Assembly (NCBI GenBank): GCA_934254585.1
Contig: CAKQLF010000006.1
Span: 2,839 to 66,838, forward strand
Reading direction: 5' to 3'
Source of the DNA: an uncultured Alphaproteobacteria bacterium
GTDB lineage: Bacteria > Pseudomonadota > Alphaproteobacteria > RF32 > CAG-239
DNA: 64,000 bases
Part shown: piece by piece, positions 50,648 to 60,148 of the stretch
Layout of the letters: every line of letters starts with the position of its first letter
Numbering within the stretch: position 1 is the stretch's first letter
Program-made: the position numbers and the translations under genes
The notes under the pieces: model-generated
Database searches by the model: none
What the model was told of the DNA's origin: nothing
Seen by the model: the letters and a program-made list of their open reading frames with translations, nothing else

Positions 50648-51253
50648 GTGCAGTGTGGACGAAGTATGATAGAAATGCTTGGCGTTCTGGCCATAATCGG
50701 CGTTCTGTCTGTCGGCGGTATTGCCGGTTATTCCAAGGCAATGATGAAATTCAAAACCAATCAAATTGCCGACCAAGTATCCACTATCGTAACTAATATC
50801 AAAACACTATACGCTCAGCAGAAAAACTACGAGGGGCTGAATAATGCTTCTGCTGTATCAATGGGAATTATACCGGACAAATTAGGCTCTGATTTAACCC
50901 ATCCATTTGGCGGAAATGTAGGCGTTTATTCAGATTATGGTATAAACACATTCTTTATTGAATATAAAGAGTTACCAAAAGAGGCTTGTATAAGTTTGGC
51001 AACTAATGACTGGGGCGCAAGTATTTCATCCGGTTTAGTTGCTATGGCTGTTAGCACTTATAGTACTTACATTCCTCCAATCTTAAACAAAATGTATTTA
51101 GGTTGCCAGGGGGAAGAACAATATTGGGGACGAGCTTATATAGCTTGCCCTGGTGGTTCGGTTCTGTCTGTTCCGATGAGTCCGGAAAAAGCCTCCGCCG
51201 CTTGTGCTTGTGATAAGGGAAATACTTGTTCGGTTGGTTGGATGTATCACTAA
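50648..51253 (+). CDS. Type IV pilin-like protein, copy 3. GTG start giving leader MQCG; an alternative TTG at 50618; the frame is open back to 50447
   Basis: CGRSMIEMLGVLAIIGVLSVGGIAGYSKAM. The alpha1 extension QVSTIVTNIKTLYAQQKNYEGL is shared with copy 4. C-terminal Cys cluster. Confidence 0.65.
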   Translation: MQCGRSMIEMLGVLAIIGVLSVGGIAGYSKAMMKFKTNQIADQVSTIVTNIKTLYAQQKNYEGLNNASAVSMGIIPDKLGSDLTHPFGGNVGVYSDYGINTFFIEYKELPKEACISLATNDWGASISSGLVAMAVSTYSTYIPPILNKMYLGCQGEEQYWGRAYIACPGGSVLSVPMSPEKASAACACDKGNTCSVGWMYH

Positions 51254-51259
51254 CAATCT

Positions 51260-51290
51260 AAAAAAGAGAGGTCTTGCCTCTCTTTTTTTT
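51260..51290. terminator. Bidirectional intrinsic terminator: A-run, GAGAGG-tcttg-CCTCTC, then T8
   Basis: Lies between the convergent pilin copy 3 and the lipoprotein gene. Confidence 0.7.
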
Positions 51291-51304
51291 ACATCAATAT
51301 ATTC

Positions 51305-52519
51305 TTATTTTTTAATCACAACCACCGTTGGGATTTTCTTGTTTATTTCGCTGCGGGCACTCACTTGCAAATTTTCCGCCGGTACCGACATTGTAAGCAT
51401 ATCGCCAAATATTTTGGCCGTAACATTTTGAGCTTTTTCCTGAGCCGCCGTATCCATCGGCATTAGAGCAATCACTTCAAAACGAGAATCCGGATTGTTT
51501 TGCAATGTGCTATAAACGGCTTTACTTAACTTTTCAAAATATTCCACATCTTCGTTAGGAAAATCCATTGAAAAAATTGTGCCGCTGATTTTTTGTTCAG
51601 GTTCAATAATTGTCTTGGTATGTTTCGGAGCTTCGGTATTCAAAGCTTTCTGCACACTCTGGATTGTGGCTTTTTTTGTGTTTTTTACTTGTTTGGCAGC
51701 CGCCGGTTTTTCGGTTTCAATAATTCCGAATTTCTCACCCAATTTTAATCTGGTACGACTGGAATGAACTGACTTATCTTTCGCCAACGCCTTATGAATT
51801 TTAACAGGTTTGATTGTCTTAAATGTTCCGCTCTGCCCTGTTGTAAGCGAAGACATAACCGAATCTGAAGTTCTGTTGGCATATCCGGCGGCCACATCAA
51901 CATTCAAACGGGTGATTTCCGCCCTAAATTGACGCGCTTTGTCTTGTTCATCTGCCAAGTCAGATTTAACCTTAGCCAATAAATCAGCGTTGGTAATTTC
52001 CTGCTGTTCCAAAGCTGAGGAAATAACGTTCAAATCCGAATGGTCAACATCATAAGCCCCCGGAATGGCGTATGTGGCATTAACAGTTGATTTTAAGGCC
52101 GACAATTTTTCCTGTTGGCTGATAACATCTGCCGAAATACCTGCCAATTTCTGAGTTCCGTCTTCAAGAGTCCCCAGATTTTGCTGAGCTTTGTTCAAAG
52201 CTGACACTAAATCCGGATTAGACGGAGTTGTGCCGGTTTGCAGTTTGGCCTCTATTGTATTAATAATCGAATTATATTCAGAGTCCGCCTCGGCAATTGA
52301 TTGATTAATTTGATACAGTTTTTGAGCACTGCCGTTTATTGAGCGTCGAATCTCGTTATATTCTCGGGTAAACTCATTAACTTTTTTCCCCACAAAAGAA
52401 CCGCTGCTGTTAGAAATATTTAACGCCGGTGACGGGCTGACGCCTTGAATCTGAACATCGTTAGCCGCACAAGCCGCCAATAAAAACGCCGTTGCCGAAA
52501 GTAATGCAAATTTTTTCAT
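51305..52519 (-). CDS. Hypothetical lipoprotein
   Basis: 404 aa. Lipobox LLAAC after a signal peptide. Coiled-coil-rich. No recognisable domain. Confidence 0.6.
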   Translation of the reverse strand: MKKFALLSATAFLLAACAANDVQIQGVSPSPALNISNSSGSFVGKKVNEFTREYNEIRRSINGSAQKLYQINQSIAEADSEYNSIINTIEAKLQTGTTPSNPDLVSALNKAQQNLGTLEDGTQKLAGISADVISQQEKLSALKSTVNATYAIPGAYDVDHSDLNVISSALEQQEITNADLLAKVKSDLADEQDKARQFRAEITRLNVDVAAGYANRTSDSVMSSLTTGQSGTFKTIKPVKIHKALAKDKSVHSSRTRLKLGEKFGIIETEKPAAAKQVKNTKKATIQSVQKALNTEAPKHTKTIIEPEQKISGTIFSMDFPNEDVEYFEKLSKAVYSTLQNNPDSRFEVIALMPMDTAAQEKAQNVTAKIFGDMLTMSVPAENLQVSARSEINKKIPTVVVIKK

Positions 52520-52685
52520 TATTTAAGCCTTATATTTTAAAGTTAACTTTTAATATTGCTCTATTTGTAAAGTGTTTTTATTAAAAAAACAATTAAAGAA
52601 TTAAGGATTTGTGCAAAATTTAAAAAAAATAAAAAAAAGTGCTTGCATTTATATTTTTTTTGTTCTATTAAAATACCCAGTTGTT

Positions 52686-52762
52686 GCGCTCGTAGCTTAA
52701 TTGGATAGAGCATCTGACTACGGATCAGAAGGTTGTGAGTTCGAGTCCCGCCGAGCGCGCCA
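52686..52762 (+). tRNA. tRNA-Arg, anticodon ACG, with encoded CCA
   Basis: Manual fold: acceptor 1-7 with 67-73 (GCGCTCG/CGAGCGC); D-arm; anticodon stem TCTGA/TCAGA with loop CTACGGA; T-loop TTCGAGT. The T-stem GTGAG/CCCGC contains one A-C mismatch. Confidence 0.85.
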
Positions 52763-52823
52763 TTTGAAGAAAGGGCTTTCAGAGAAATTTGAAAGTCTTT
52801 ATTTTTTTTGTTTGGAATAAAAA

Positions 52824-53690
52824 ATGCACACAGAACTCGTTACTTTAGAATATTTACCGCAATATGAAGCCTATGGCCTCAGTGATGAACAAATACGATT
52901 TTATGACGAACAACACATAATCCCCTTGCTGTCTTTGCTTCCTGATGACATTCGGCAACTGGGAGGCACGCTAAATAACAATCAGCCGACAGTGGCGTTT
53001 TTATTGGGACGTGATGAAAATTACTACACCATTGACTATAACTATGCTCGCGCTGTTTTACAATCCGGAGTTAATATCAGACTTTTAACCTATTCCGCTT
53101 GCAAAGAGCAAATGCAGGGAATCGACGGGCTGATTCTCCCCGGCGGAAGATTTCCCTCGCCGGAACAATTTTATTGCGATGCCGCACCGAATAACTTATT
53201 GCCACACGAAGCCCGCGCACAAGCCTATCTTGATTGCATTGACACAGCCTTAAAGCAACAGTTGCCGATGCTTGGTATCTGCGCCGGTGCGCAGATGATT
53301 GGCGGCGTTATGGGAATGAAAATGTATCGCAATACCAAACAGTATACTAATACAGATATTGAACATAAAACCAAAATATTAGATGCCCACAAAGTTTTGA
53401 TTCAAAAACCATCTCCGTTGTTTGATATTTTACAAACAACGGAAATTGAAACCAATTCACGCCATACCGAATCGATGTTACCTTATGCTTCTGACAGTAA
53501 GCTGACAATTTATGCTCGCACAGAAGACAACGTTCCCGAGGCTTGGGGAAATACCGAAAAACACATATTGTGCATTCAGTGGCACCCCGAAGATTTTGCC
53601 GCCAACGGAGATATTTCAATGCAACGCATTTATAACTGGTTGGCACAACAAGCTCAAAATCACAAAATAAAATTTGACAAAAATTTCTAA
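52824..53690 (+). CDS. Class I glutamine amidotransferase-like protein (peptidase C26 / gamma-glutamyl hydrolase family)
   Basis: 288 aa. Cys nucleophile in GICAGAQ and His in QWHPE. Confidence 0.75.
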   Translation: MHTELVTLEYLPQYEAYGLSDEQIRFYDEQHIIPLLSLLPDDIRQLGGTLNNNQPTVAFLLGRDENYYTIDYNYARAVLQSGVNIRLLTYSACKEQMQGIDGLILPGGRFPSPEQFYCDAAPNNLLPHEARAQAYLDCIDTALKQQLPMLGICAGAQMIGGVMGMKMYRNTKQYTNTDIEHKTKILDAHKVLIQKPSPLFDILQTTEIETNSRHTESMLPYASDSKLTIYARTEDNVPEAWGNTEKHILCIQWHPEDFAANGDISMQRIYNWLAQQAQNHKIKFDKNF

Positions 53691-53917
53691 AATTTATGCC
53701 ATAACCTCTGATAATTTTCAAAAATATTTGCAAAAAGCTCGACCCGATTTTATGGTCCACAATGGCGTTAATTTCCAGTAACCTTCGTTGTTGGCAGAAC
53801 CATCCGCTTATTGACGAACTTTAAGTCATTTTTATGACAAAACAACTTGACAAATCTTTTACAATATTTATAATAGGCGGTGTTATCTTTATTATTAATT
53901 TTTAAAAATTATCTTTT

Positions 53918-54763
53918 ATGTATCAAGTATTATTTTTGGCTTATATGCCTAAACTTAAAGCTTTTGTAGTTTCTGACACTAAAGTTAATAAGGTTATTGC
54001 CAAGGGAAATATTCCTGTTTTCAAAATTCAGCCTGATGATGCTAAAGTTCTTGGCCTTAAGGTTACGGACAGAACTCCGACAATCGGTTTTTTGCTTGGA
54101 CGTGAAAAAGGGTATTATTCTATTGATTTTAACTATGCTAAGGCTATATCTATGGCCGGCGGAGCTATTCAGGGCTTGAGCTATACTCTGATTGAAGAAC
54201 AGATGAAAAGCATTGACGGATTAGTTCTTCCCGGCGGTTCTTTTGTTTCTCCGGACGAGTTCTATGCAAATCGCGTAGACAATCCTGAAGAACCAACTGC
54301 TCGCTCGGAGGCTTATCTTGAAGCTATCCGAGTTGCCGAAGAAAACGCAATTCCTATCTTGGGAATCTGTGCCGGAGCGCAAATGGTTGCAGGTGTACAC
54401 GGAATGAAAATGTTCCGCGATTTAAGCGAAGTATCTCCTTCTGTTGAACACAAGACTTCTGAGGTAAATGCTCATCAGGTTATTACTTATCCGGCGACAC
54501 CTCTCCGCGAGTTGTTAGGTAAAAAAATTACCGTAAACTCTCGTCATAGAGAAGGCCTTGTTCCAAACGACTGGAACAGCGACCTTGAAATTTACGCCGT
54601 TTCTTCCGATTGCATACCTGAAGCTTGGGGCAATATGGAAGAAGGTATTTTGTGCGTGCAATGGCATCCTGAAGATTTTGTCGTCAACGGCGATAGAAAG
54701 ATGTTGGGTATTTATAAGTGGCTTGTATGTAAAAGCCAAAACAGAATGGAATTTTCAGACTGA
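53918..54763 (+). CDS. Class I glutamine amidotransferase-like protein, a tandem paralog
   Basis: 281 aa. Same motifs (GICAGAQ, QWHPEDF). About 45% identical to the upstream paralog by eye. Confidence 0.75.
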   Translation: MYQVLFLAYMPKLKAFVVSDTKVNKVIAKGNIPVFKIQPDDAKVLGLKVTDRTPTIGFLLGREKGYYSIDFNYAKAISMAGGAIQGLSYTLIEEQMKSIDGLVLPGGSFVSPDEFYANRVDNPEEPTARSEAYLEAIRVAEENAIPILGICAGAQMVAGVHGMKMFRDLSEVSPSVEHKTSEVNAHQVITYPATPLRELLGKKITVNSRHREGLVPNDWNSDLEIYAVSSDCIPEAWGNMEEGILCVQWHPEDFVVNGDRKMLGIYKWLVCKSQNRMEFSD

Positions 54764-54856
54764 TAAAACCTGATACATTTAAAATCAGACCTTCATTACA
54801 GATTGTAAAAAAACAATCTGTTTTGAAGGTCTTTTTTTATGAACTCCAACAAACTT

Positions 54857-55027
54857 TTATAAATTTTGTGCTTCATCTAATTTTATCATACATTCTATGG
54901 CATCACCATACGTTACAACTGATTTACGGCAATTAACGCGGATTTTTTCTTGAGTCGAATACTCAGTGCTTTCCGCGCACGAACTCTGCAAAAGAAGCAT
55001 CAATAATCCGATTGTAACAGTCATCAT
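54857..55027 (-). CDS. Putative small lipoprotein. The track ORF reaches 55090; the start was trimmed to the MMTVTIGLL Met
   Basis: Lipobox-like LQSSC after a hydrophobic stretch. It overlaps the end of the upstream gene in another frame, so the call is uncertain. Confidence 0.3.
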   Translation of the reverse strand: MMTVTIGLLMLLLQSSCAESTEYSTQEKIRVNCRKSVVTYGDAIECMIKLDEAQNL

Positions 55028-55250
55028 TTTGTTGCATTGCCTGCTTTTTAAGTTTGGCAATATGTTCATTAGCTTTTTGCTGTTTATCATTAAAATTCTC
55101 CACCTGTCTTATAAAATTATCTTGTTTTTGTTTCAGTATTACGTTTTGTTGTCGCAACATCTCATTGTCCTGCCTGATTTTTTGCAAACTGCAATGCTGC
55201 CAATAGCCATACATTGCAAACAGCAACACAATTAACCACAAATATTTCAT
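54963..55250 (-). CDS. Small membrane-anchored coiled-coil protein
   Basis: 95 aa. N-terminal TM segment (MKYLWLIVLLFAMYGYW) then a Q/K-rich coiled coil. The start ATG abuts the stop of the upstream 56-aa ORF (TAAATG). Confidence 0.45.
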   Translation of the reverse strand: MKYLWLIVLLFAMYGYWQHCSLQKIRQDNEMLRQQNVILKQKQDNFIRQVENFNDKQQKANEHIAKLKKQAMQQNDDCYNRIIDASFAEFVRGKH

Positions 55251-55421
55251 TTATACCCCCGCCAGCAGAAGCATAAATGCTTGCGCCACATTTTCAGCAT
55301 ATTCGGGACGGCGTAAAGAAATTATGCTCAAAATTATAATTGATAATATTATTAAAATTATTTTATGCCTACTTAGCCGACATAAGCCGCAAACACAAAC
55401 TTTTCCCTTTTGTTTTTTCAT
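55251..55421 (-). CDS. Small membrane protein of 56 aa, below the ORF-track cutoff
   Basis: AGGAGG lies 4 nt upstream of the ATG at 55421. Translated by hand: MKKQKGKVCVCGLCRLSRHKIILIILSIIILSIISLRRPEYAENVAQAFMLLLAGV. One TM helix. Its stop TAA abuts the next ATG. Confidence 0.45.
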   Translation of the reverse strand: MKKQKGKVCVCGLCRLSRHKIILIILSIIILSIISLRRPEYAENVAQAFMLLLAGV

Positions 55422-55445
55422 TTTTCCTCCTGTTATTTATGATAT

Positions 55446-55471
55446 AAAAAAAAGAGCGAATCGCTTCGCTC
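55446..55471 (-). terminator. Intrinsic terminator on the minus strand: GAGCGAAGCGATTCGCTC followed by T8
   Basis: Perfect 7-bp stem with a 4-nt loop and T8 on the minus strand. It lies 15 nt upstream of the small-ORF RBS. Confidence 0.6.
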
Positions 55472-55884
55472 CGTTATAAATAGATGGTTCCCATAAATTT
55501 GGGTCGTAAAAAATAACCACCCTTAATGACACACTTTTCTTGAATGTATCTAAAATTAGCATATTCAGGTTACCGAAAGCAAGAAAATTATAAATTACGC
55601 TGTGATTTCAATAAGATATTTTTATTATATTTTATCTTTACATTTTTCAAAAACGAATCTATACTCCCTGCATATTTGTATTGTTATGTTAATTTTTATT
55701 ACATTTGGCATCTTTTGGGGCTTTTAACAAGACAATGAGTTAGTTCACATATTTTAAACTTTAAAATTTACGACTATGACTGTTGCAATTTTTATAAATG
55801 GTGTATTGTTTTTTGCACTGTAATCGTTTTTTGATTTTTATCAAATTTTTATTGTGAAGAAAACTTAGACTTATGTCTTATGAT

Positions 55885-55932
55885 AAAAAAAACAGCACTT
55901 TGGATTTATAACTCCTCGTGCTGTTTTTTTTG
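55885..55932. terminator. Bidirectional terminator after fmt: A8, CAGCAC..GTGCTG, then T8
   Basis: Hairpin flanked by an A-run and a T-run, directly downstream of the fmt stop at 55943. Confidence 0.55.
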
Positions 55933-55942
55933 TTTTCCGCTC

Positions 55943-56854
55943 TTATTCCACTTTAGAATTCGGAATGAAATGAAATCCGCGCAACAACTCACCGATAGAC
56001 ATAAGTTTTTTACCTTGCCGCTGAATTTGCGTAATATCCAGCGCACCGTCGGCACAAGCAATCTGCAAACCGCCATCGTTTTCCATAATTGTTCCGGCCG
56101 GCGCGTATTTTTCTATTTTGTGCGCCTCAAAAACTTTAAATCTCTCACCTTCATACTCAAAGAACATTGCCGGATAAGGGTTAAACGCCCTAATCTTACG
56201 ACACAATGTTTCGGCTTTTTGGTTAAAATCAAGCTTACATTCCGCCTTGTCAATTTTTGCGGCATAGCACGCCAAATTTTGCGGTTGCGGCGTCGGCTTA
56301 AATGATTTGATATCCGCTAAAACTTCGGATATTAAATCAGCTCCGAGCAAGGCCAACTTATCGTGCAATTCTCCACCTGTTGTGGAAGAGTTTATTGCCA
56401 CCTCACCTTTTAACAACATATCTCCGGTATCCAAACCTTCTGCCACCTGCATAACCGTGACACCGCTTTGTGCATCGCCGGCCTCAACAGCCCGTTGAAT
56501 TGGTGCGGCTCCACGCCAACGCGGCAACAATGAAGCGTGTAAATTTAGGCAACCAAAAGGATAAGCCTCTAAAACAGGCAAAGGCAAAATAAGTCCGTAA
56601 GCAGCCACCACTGCCACATCGGCCTTCAAATCAGCAAATTTTTGCTGTTCTTCGGAATTGCGCAATGTTTTAGGGGTACGCACTTCCACACCATTGGCTT
56701 CGGCCACCAAATGCACAGGAGTTTTGTTCAGCTTGTTTCCTCGTCCCGAAAGTTTAGGTTCGCGAGTGTAAACACAAACAACTTCGTGCTCTTTAAGCAA
56801 GCGTTCTAAAGCCGGCACGGCAAAATCCGGCGTCCCCATAAAAACAATTTTCAT
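55943..56854 (-). CDS. fmt: Methionyl-tRNA formyltransferase
   Basis: 303 aa. Begins MKIVFMGTPDFAVP. The SLLP motif is present. The start overlaps the ppiD stop by 1 nt. Confidence 0.93.
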   Translation of the reverse strand: MKIVFMGTPDFAVPALERLLKEHEVVCVYTREPKLSGRGNKLNKTPVHLVAEANGVEVRTPKTLRNSEEQQKFADLKADVAVVAAYGLILPLPVLEAYPFGCLNLHASLLPRWRGAAPIQRAVEAGDAQSGVTVMQVAEGLDTGDMLLKGEVAINSSTTGGELHDKLALLGADLISEVLADIKSFKPTPQPQNLACYAAKIDKAECKLDFNQKAETLCRKIRAFNPYPAMFFEYEGERFKVFEAHKIEKYAPAGTIMENDGGLQIACADGALDITQIQRQGKKLMSIGELLRGFHFIPNSKVE

Positions 56855-58728
56855 CAGTCGTTAATTCCCATACGGCCGTAGTTTACTTCTACTTTGTAGT
56901 CTTTGGCATAGCCGCGCAACAAAGCGTCGGAAAATTCTTGCATCATTTCTGCCTGCAATGCCTGTTCTAAGAAATCCTTATCGGCTTGCGTCAGAGCTGA
57001 AGAATCATCAAAAACATTATTTGTTTCCGCAATCACATAGTCATCGCCATTCGGCAAAACTTTTGTTTCACCTTTTGTCATTGAGAACAAAGTTTTCATA
57101 TCATTAAAGTTCAAATCAGCAAAAGTTTCGCCACGAGTAATCGGCATTGTATTAATAACCGGCAAATTATAACGGGCGGCAACTTCTTTAAGAGAATCAC
57201 CGGCTTCAATATCGTGGGTAATGTTTTCAACCAATTCTTGAGTAATTGAAACCCGCTCGCTGTCCTGCCAAAGTTTAGTTATTTTGGTAACAACTTCATT
57301 TTCCGGCTGAATATGAGACTCATTAATCTGCTCAACTTCCACCACTAACAAGCCGTCATCACCCTCAATTGTTTGACTTACCTCACCGATGTTATAAGAA
57401 AAAGCAGCATCAATAACGTCTTTATTTTGTGCTATTTCGGCATATTTCAGATTCTTATTGTCGGAAGTTCCATCTTCAGCCAAATTCTTAATTTCAATCA
57501 AAGAAACGTCAAAATTTTTGGCTATTTCTTGCAATGACACGCCGGACCCGATTTTATCTTCCAACTGTGTCATCAGCTCATAACTGCCGTCATAAGCGCG
57601 TTCTTCTTGAATGGTCTTTTTAATTTGCGCATTTGCCTGTGCACGAGGCATAGAGGTTGCCGTCTCAACACCGGTAACTTTCAGAATCTGCCAACTTCCG
57701 TTAATATCTTTCGGTTCGGAAGTTTGTCCTTCAGCCAAAGAGAAAACAACGGCAGCCAACTCATCTGACAAATCAGATTTGGATACAGCTCCCAAATTTG
57801 TATCCGTTTCACTTTGTCCGTTTTCTTTTGCCACTTCAATAAAATCGGCTCCCTGATTTAATTTGGCGGCTGCAGCCTTAGCTTTTTCTTCATCATCAAA
57901 CGCCAATTGCAGAACCTCACGTTTTTCAGGCTGTTCATATTCTTCAATATGTTCATTGTAATAAGTTTCAATCTCGTCGTCTGACACCTCTATTTTTTGT
58001 TCAATAGTTTCTAACGGCAAATATAAAACTTTTATATCACGTTTTTCCGGCACGCGAAATTCCTCATTAAAATCCTCATAATATTGGTCAAGTTCTTCTT
58101 GCGTCGGCTTTCTATCAATTTTGGCATCGGCATTGACAATTTTAATATATTTAAAAGTACGGCGTTGGCCTAAAACTTTTTGCATTTGTTTTTGCAAAAT
58201 TTCCGGAACATTAAAGCCGGCGACTTGAGTTTCGACCAAAATTTTTCGACCGATATTACGTTTGATTTCAGCAACCAAATCCTGTTCGGTCATACCATTG
58301 CGGTTCAGATACCATTTATACATTTCGCGATCAAACTTGCCGTTATTCAAAAACTGCGGTGATATTTGAATTATTTGACTGACCAAACTATCTGAAACAT
58401 CAACCTTAAATTTTTGCATAGTGTTTTCTAAAAGCAAATCGTCCAATTTTATTTTGGCCAATTCGGCAGAAATTTCAGCTTTGCGGGCTTCAGCTTCTTC
58501 CGGTGTTTCGGAATCAAGTTCTTTCAGCTTCGAAAGTTCTTTTTGCAGCAAATAATTAAATTCGCTCTGGCTAATTTCCAATTTATCAACCTTAATAACC
58601 GGCTTATTGCTGTTTGCGGTGTTGATGTATCCGGAAACACCAAATAAAGACATAAAGCTCAATGCTGTTATCGTTAAAATTATTTTTGTAAACAGACTAT
58701 TATGCATTTTTGAAAACGTACTAATCAT
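56854..58728 (-). CDS. ppiD: Periplasmic chaperone / peptidyl-prolyl isomerase PpiD-like (SurA-N plus parvulin architecture)
   Basis: 624 aa. N-terminal TM anchor and a long SurA-like periplasmic region. Confidence 0.7.
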   Translation of the reverse strand: MISTFSKMHNSLFTKIILTITALSFMSLFGVSGYINTANSNKPVIKVDKLEISQSEFNYLLQKELSKLKELDSETPEEAEARKAEISAELAKIKLDDLLLENTMQKFKVDVSDSLVSQIIQISPQFLNNGKFDREMYKWYLNRNGMTEQDLVAEIKRNIGRKILVETQVAGFNVPEILQKQMQKVLGQRRTFKYIKIVNADAKIDRKPTQEELDQYYEDFNEEFRVPEKRDIKVLYLPLETIEQKIEVSDDEIETYYNEHIEEYEQPEKREVLQLAFDDEEKAKAAAAKLNQGADFIEVAKENGQSETDTNLGAVSKSDLSDELAAVVFSLAEGQTSEPKDINGSWQILKVTGVETATSMPRAQANAQIKKTIQEERAYDGSYELMTQLEDKIGSGVSLQEIAKNFDVSLIEIKNLAEDGTSDNKNLKYAEIAQNKDVIDAAFSYNIGEVSQTIEGDDGLLVVEVEQINESHIQPENEVVTKITKLWQDSERVSITQELVENITHDIEAGDSLKEVAARYNLPVINTMPITRGETFADLNFNDMKTLFSMTKGETKVLPNGDDYVIAETNNVFDDSSALTQADKDFLEQALQAEMMQEFSDALLRGYAKDYKVEVNYGRMGIND

Positions 58729-58913
58729 TTTTTTCCCTAATCAAAAGTTAATTTTTTGCCCATTATAAGAGAATAAAATATTAATGCAATTTTAAAATTA
58801 AATTATGCAACAGAATAAAATAGTGTCTAAAACGCTTTTTTTTCTGGAAAAATTTTTTTTACTATGTTACAAGATTGGCAGTTTTTAATGAAATTTTGTA
58901 GGGGATTTTTAAA

Positions 58914-59675
58914 ATGGCCAGAAAAAAACTGATTGCCGGCAACTGGAAAATGAATTGCCTTTTAGAGGAAGGAACTCAACTCGCTAAAGGTATTGCCGCT
59001 CAAGTAAAAGAAAATAAATTTGATTGCGATTTTTTGATTTGTCCGCCGTTTACTTTGTTGGGCTTTGTGAAAAAATGTTTGCGAGGAACAAAAATTGCTT
59101 TGGGTTCGCAAGACGTTCATTTTGCTGAAAAAGGCGCGCATACCGGCGATATCAGTCCGCTGATGCTGACGGATTTGGGTTGTTCTTATGCCATTATCGG
59201 CCACTCCGAAAGACGTGTTGACCATTTTGAAAGCAACGAACTTATTCAGAAAAAAGCCGTTGCCGCTCACGCTGCCGGTTTAAATGTGGTTATTTGCATC
59301 GGCGAAACAGGCGAGGAACGTGAACAAGGTAAAACAATTAAAGTTTGCCAAGATGAAATTTTCGGTTCGGTTCCTGATGACGCCACCGCAAAAAATACCG
59401 TTATTGCCTATGAACCGATTTGGGCTATCGGCACAGGTAAAACTCCGACTGCGGCCGATGTTGAGGAAGTTCACGCCGCTATTCGCAAAGCTTTGGCTAA
59501 AAAACTTGGTAAAGCAACCGCCAACAAAATGCGTATCTTATACGGCGGTTCCGTTAAACCGGCCAACGCTGCCGAGCTTTTGGCTCTGCCTGATGTTGAC
59601 GGCGCGCTAATCGGCGGTGCAAGCTTAAAAGTTGAAGATTTTATCGGCATTGCTAAAAATGCCTGCTCCAAATAG
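58914..59675 (+). CDS. tpiA: Triosephosphate isomerase
   Basis: 253 aa. AGNWKMN, GHSERR and YEPIWAIGTG motifs. Confidence 0.95.
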   Translation: MARKKLIAGNWKMNCLLEEGTQLAKGIAAQVKENKFDCDFLICPPFTLLGFVKKCLRGTKIALGSQDVHFAEKGAHTGDISPLMLTDLGCSYAIIGHSERRVDHFESNELIQKKAVAAHAAGLNVVICIGETGEEREQGKTIKVCQDEIFGSVPDDATAKNTVIAYEPIWAIGTGKTPTAADVEEVHAAIRKALAKKLGKATANKMRILYGGSVKPANAAELLALPDVDGALIGGASLKVEDFIGIAKNACSK

Positions 59676-59692
59676 TTGAAAAGGATAGTTTT

Positions 59693-60043
59693 ATGGGTAC
59701 AGTATTGTTGGTTTTACAATTGATTGTTGCCATTTTTCTGGTGGTAGTGATTTTAATGCAACGTTCTAACGGCGGTGCTTTAAGCGGTCTTGGCGGCGAT
59801 AGTGGGGTCGGCAGCATCTTGAGCGCAAGGGGCAAAGGTAACATTCTGACCAGAATTACCGCTATTTTAGCCACCTTGTTTTTTGTATTGAGTATGGCTT
59901 TATCCATTTATTACAGCCGAATGGAAGTTAAAACAGGCTCAATTTTAGACAAAGCCTCAGCAACGCAAACTCAACAAGTTCCGGCAGAAGCAGAAGCTCC
60001 GGCTCAAAATGCAACAGAACCGGAAGTTCCGGTTGCCGAGTAA
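59693..60043 (+). CDS. secG: Preprotein translocase subunit SecG
   Basis: 116 aa. Two hydrophobic helices and LMQRSNGGALSGLGG. Lies downstream of tpiA as in many bacteria. Confidence 0.85.
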   Translation: MGTVLLVLQLIVAIFLVVVILMQRSNGGALSGLGGDSGVGSILSARGKGNILTRITAILATLFFVLSMALSIYYSRMEVKTGSILDKASATQTQQVPAEAEAPAQNATEPEVPVAE

Positions 60044-60148
60044 CGCTGATGAACTTTTGTTAACGACATAAGGCACTTTTAATTAAGTGCCTTTGTCGCT
60101 TTTTTATTTGAAAAAAAATTACACATAACCTTTTGTAAGGAATAGATA

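Noticed and set aside
55544-55738. Track ORF of 64 aa in the AT-rich region upstream of fmt
   Set aside because: No RBS. The AT-rich translation (FIFTFFKNES...) is typical of a non-coding region.
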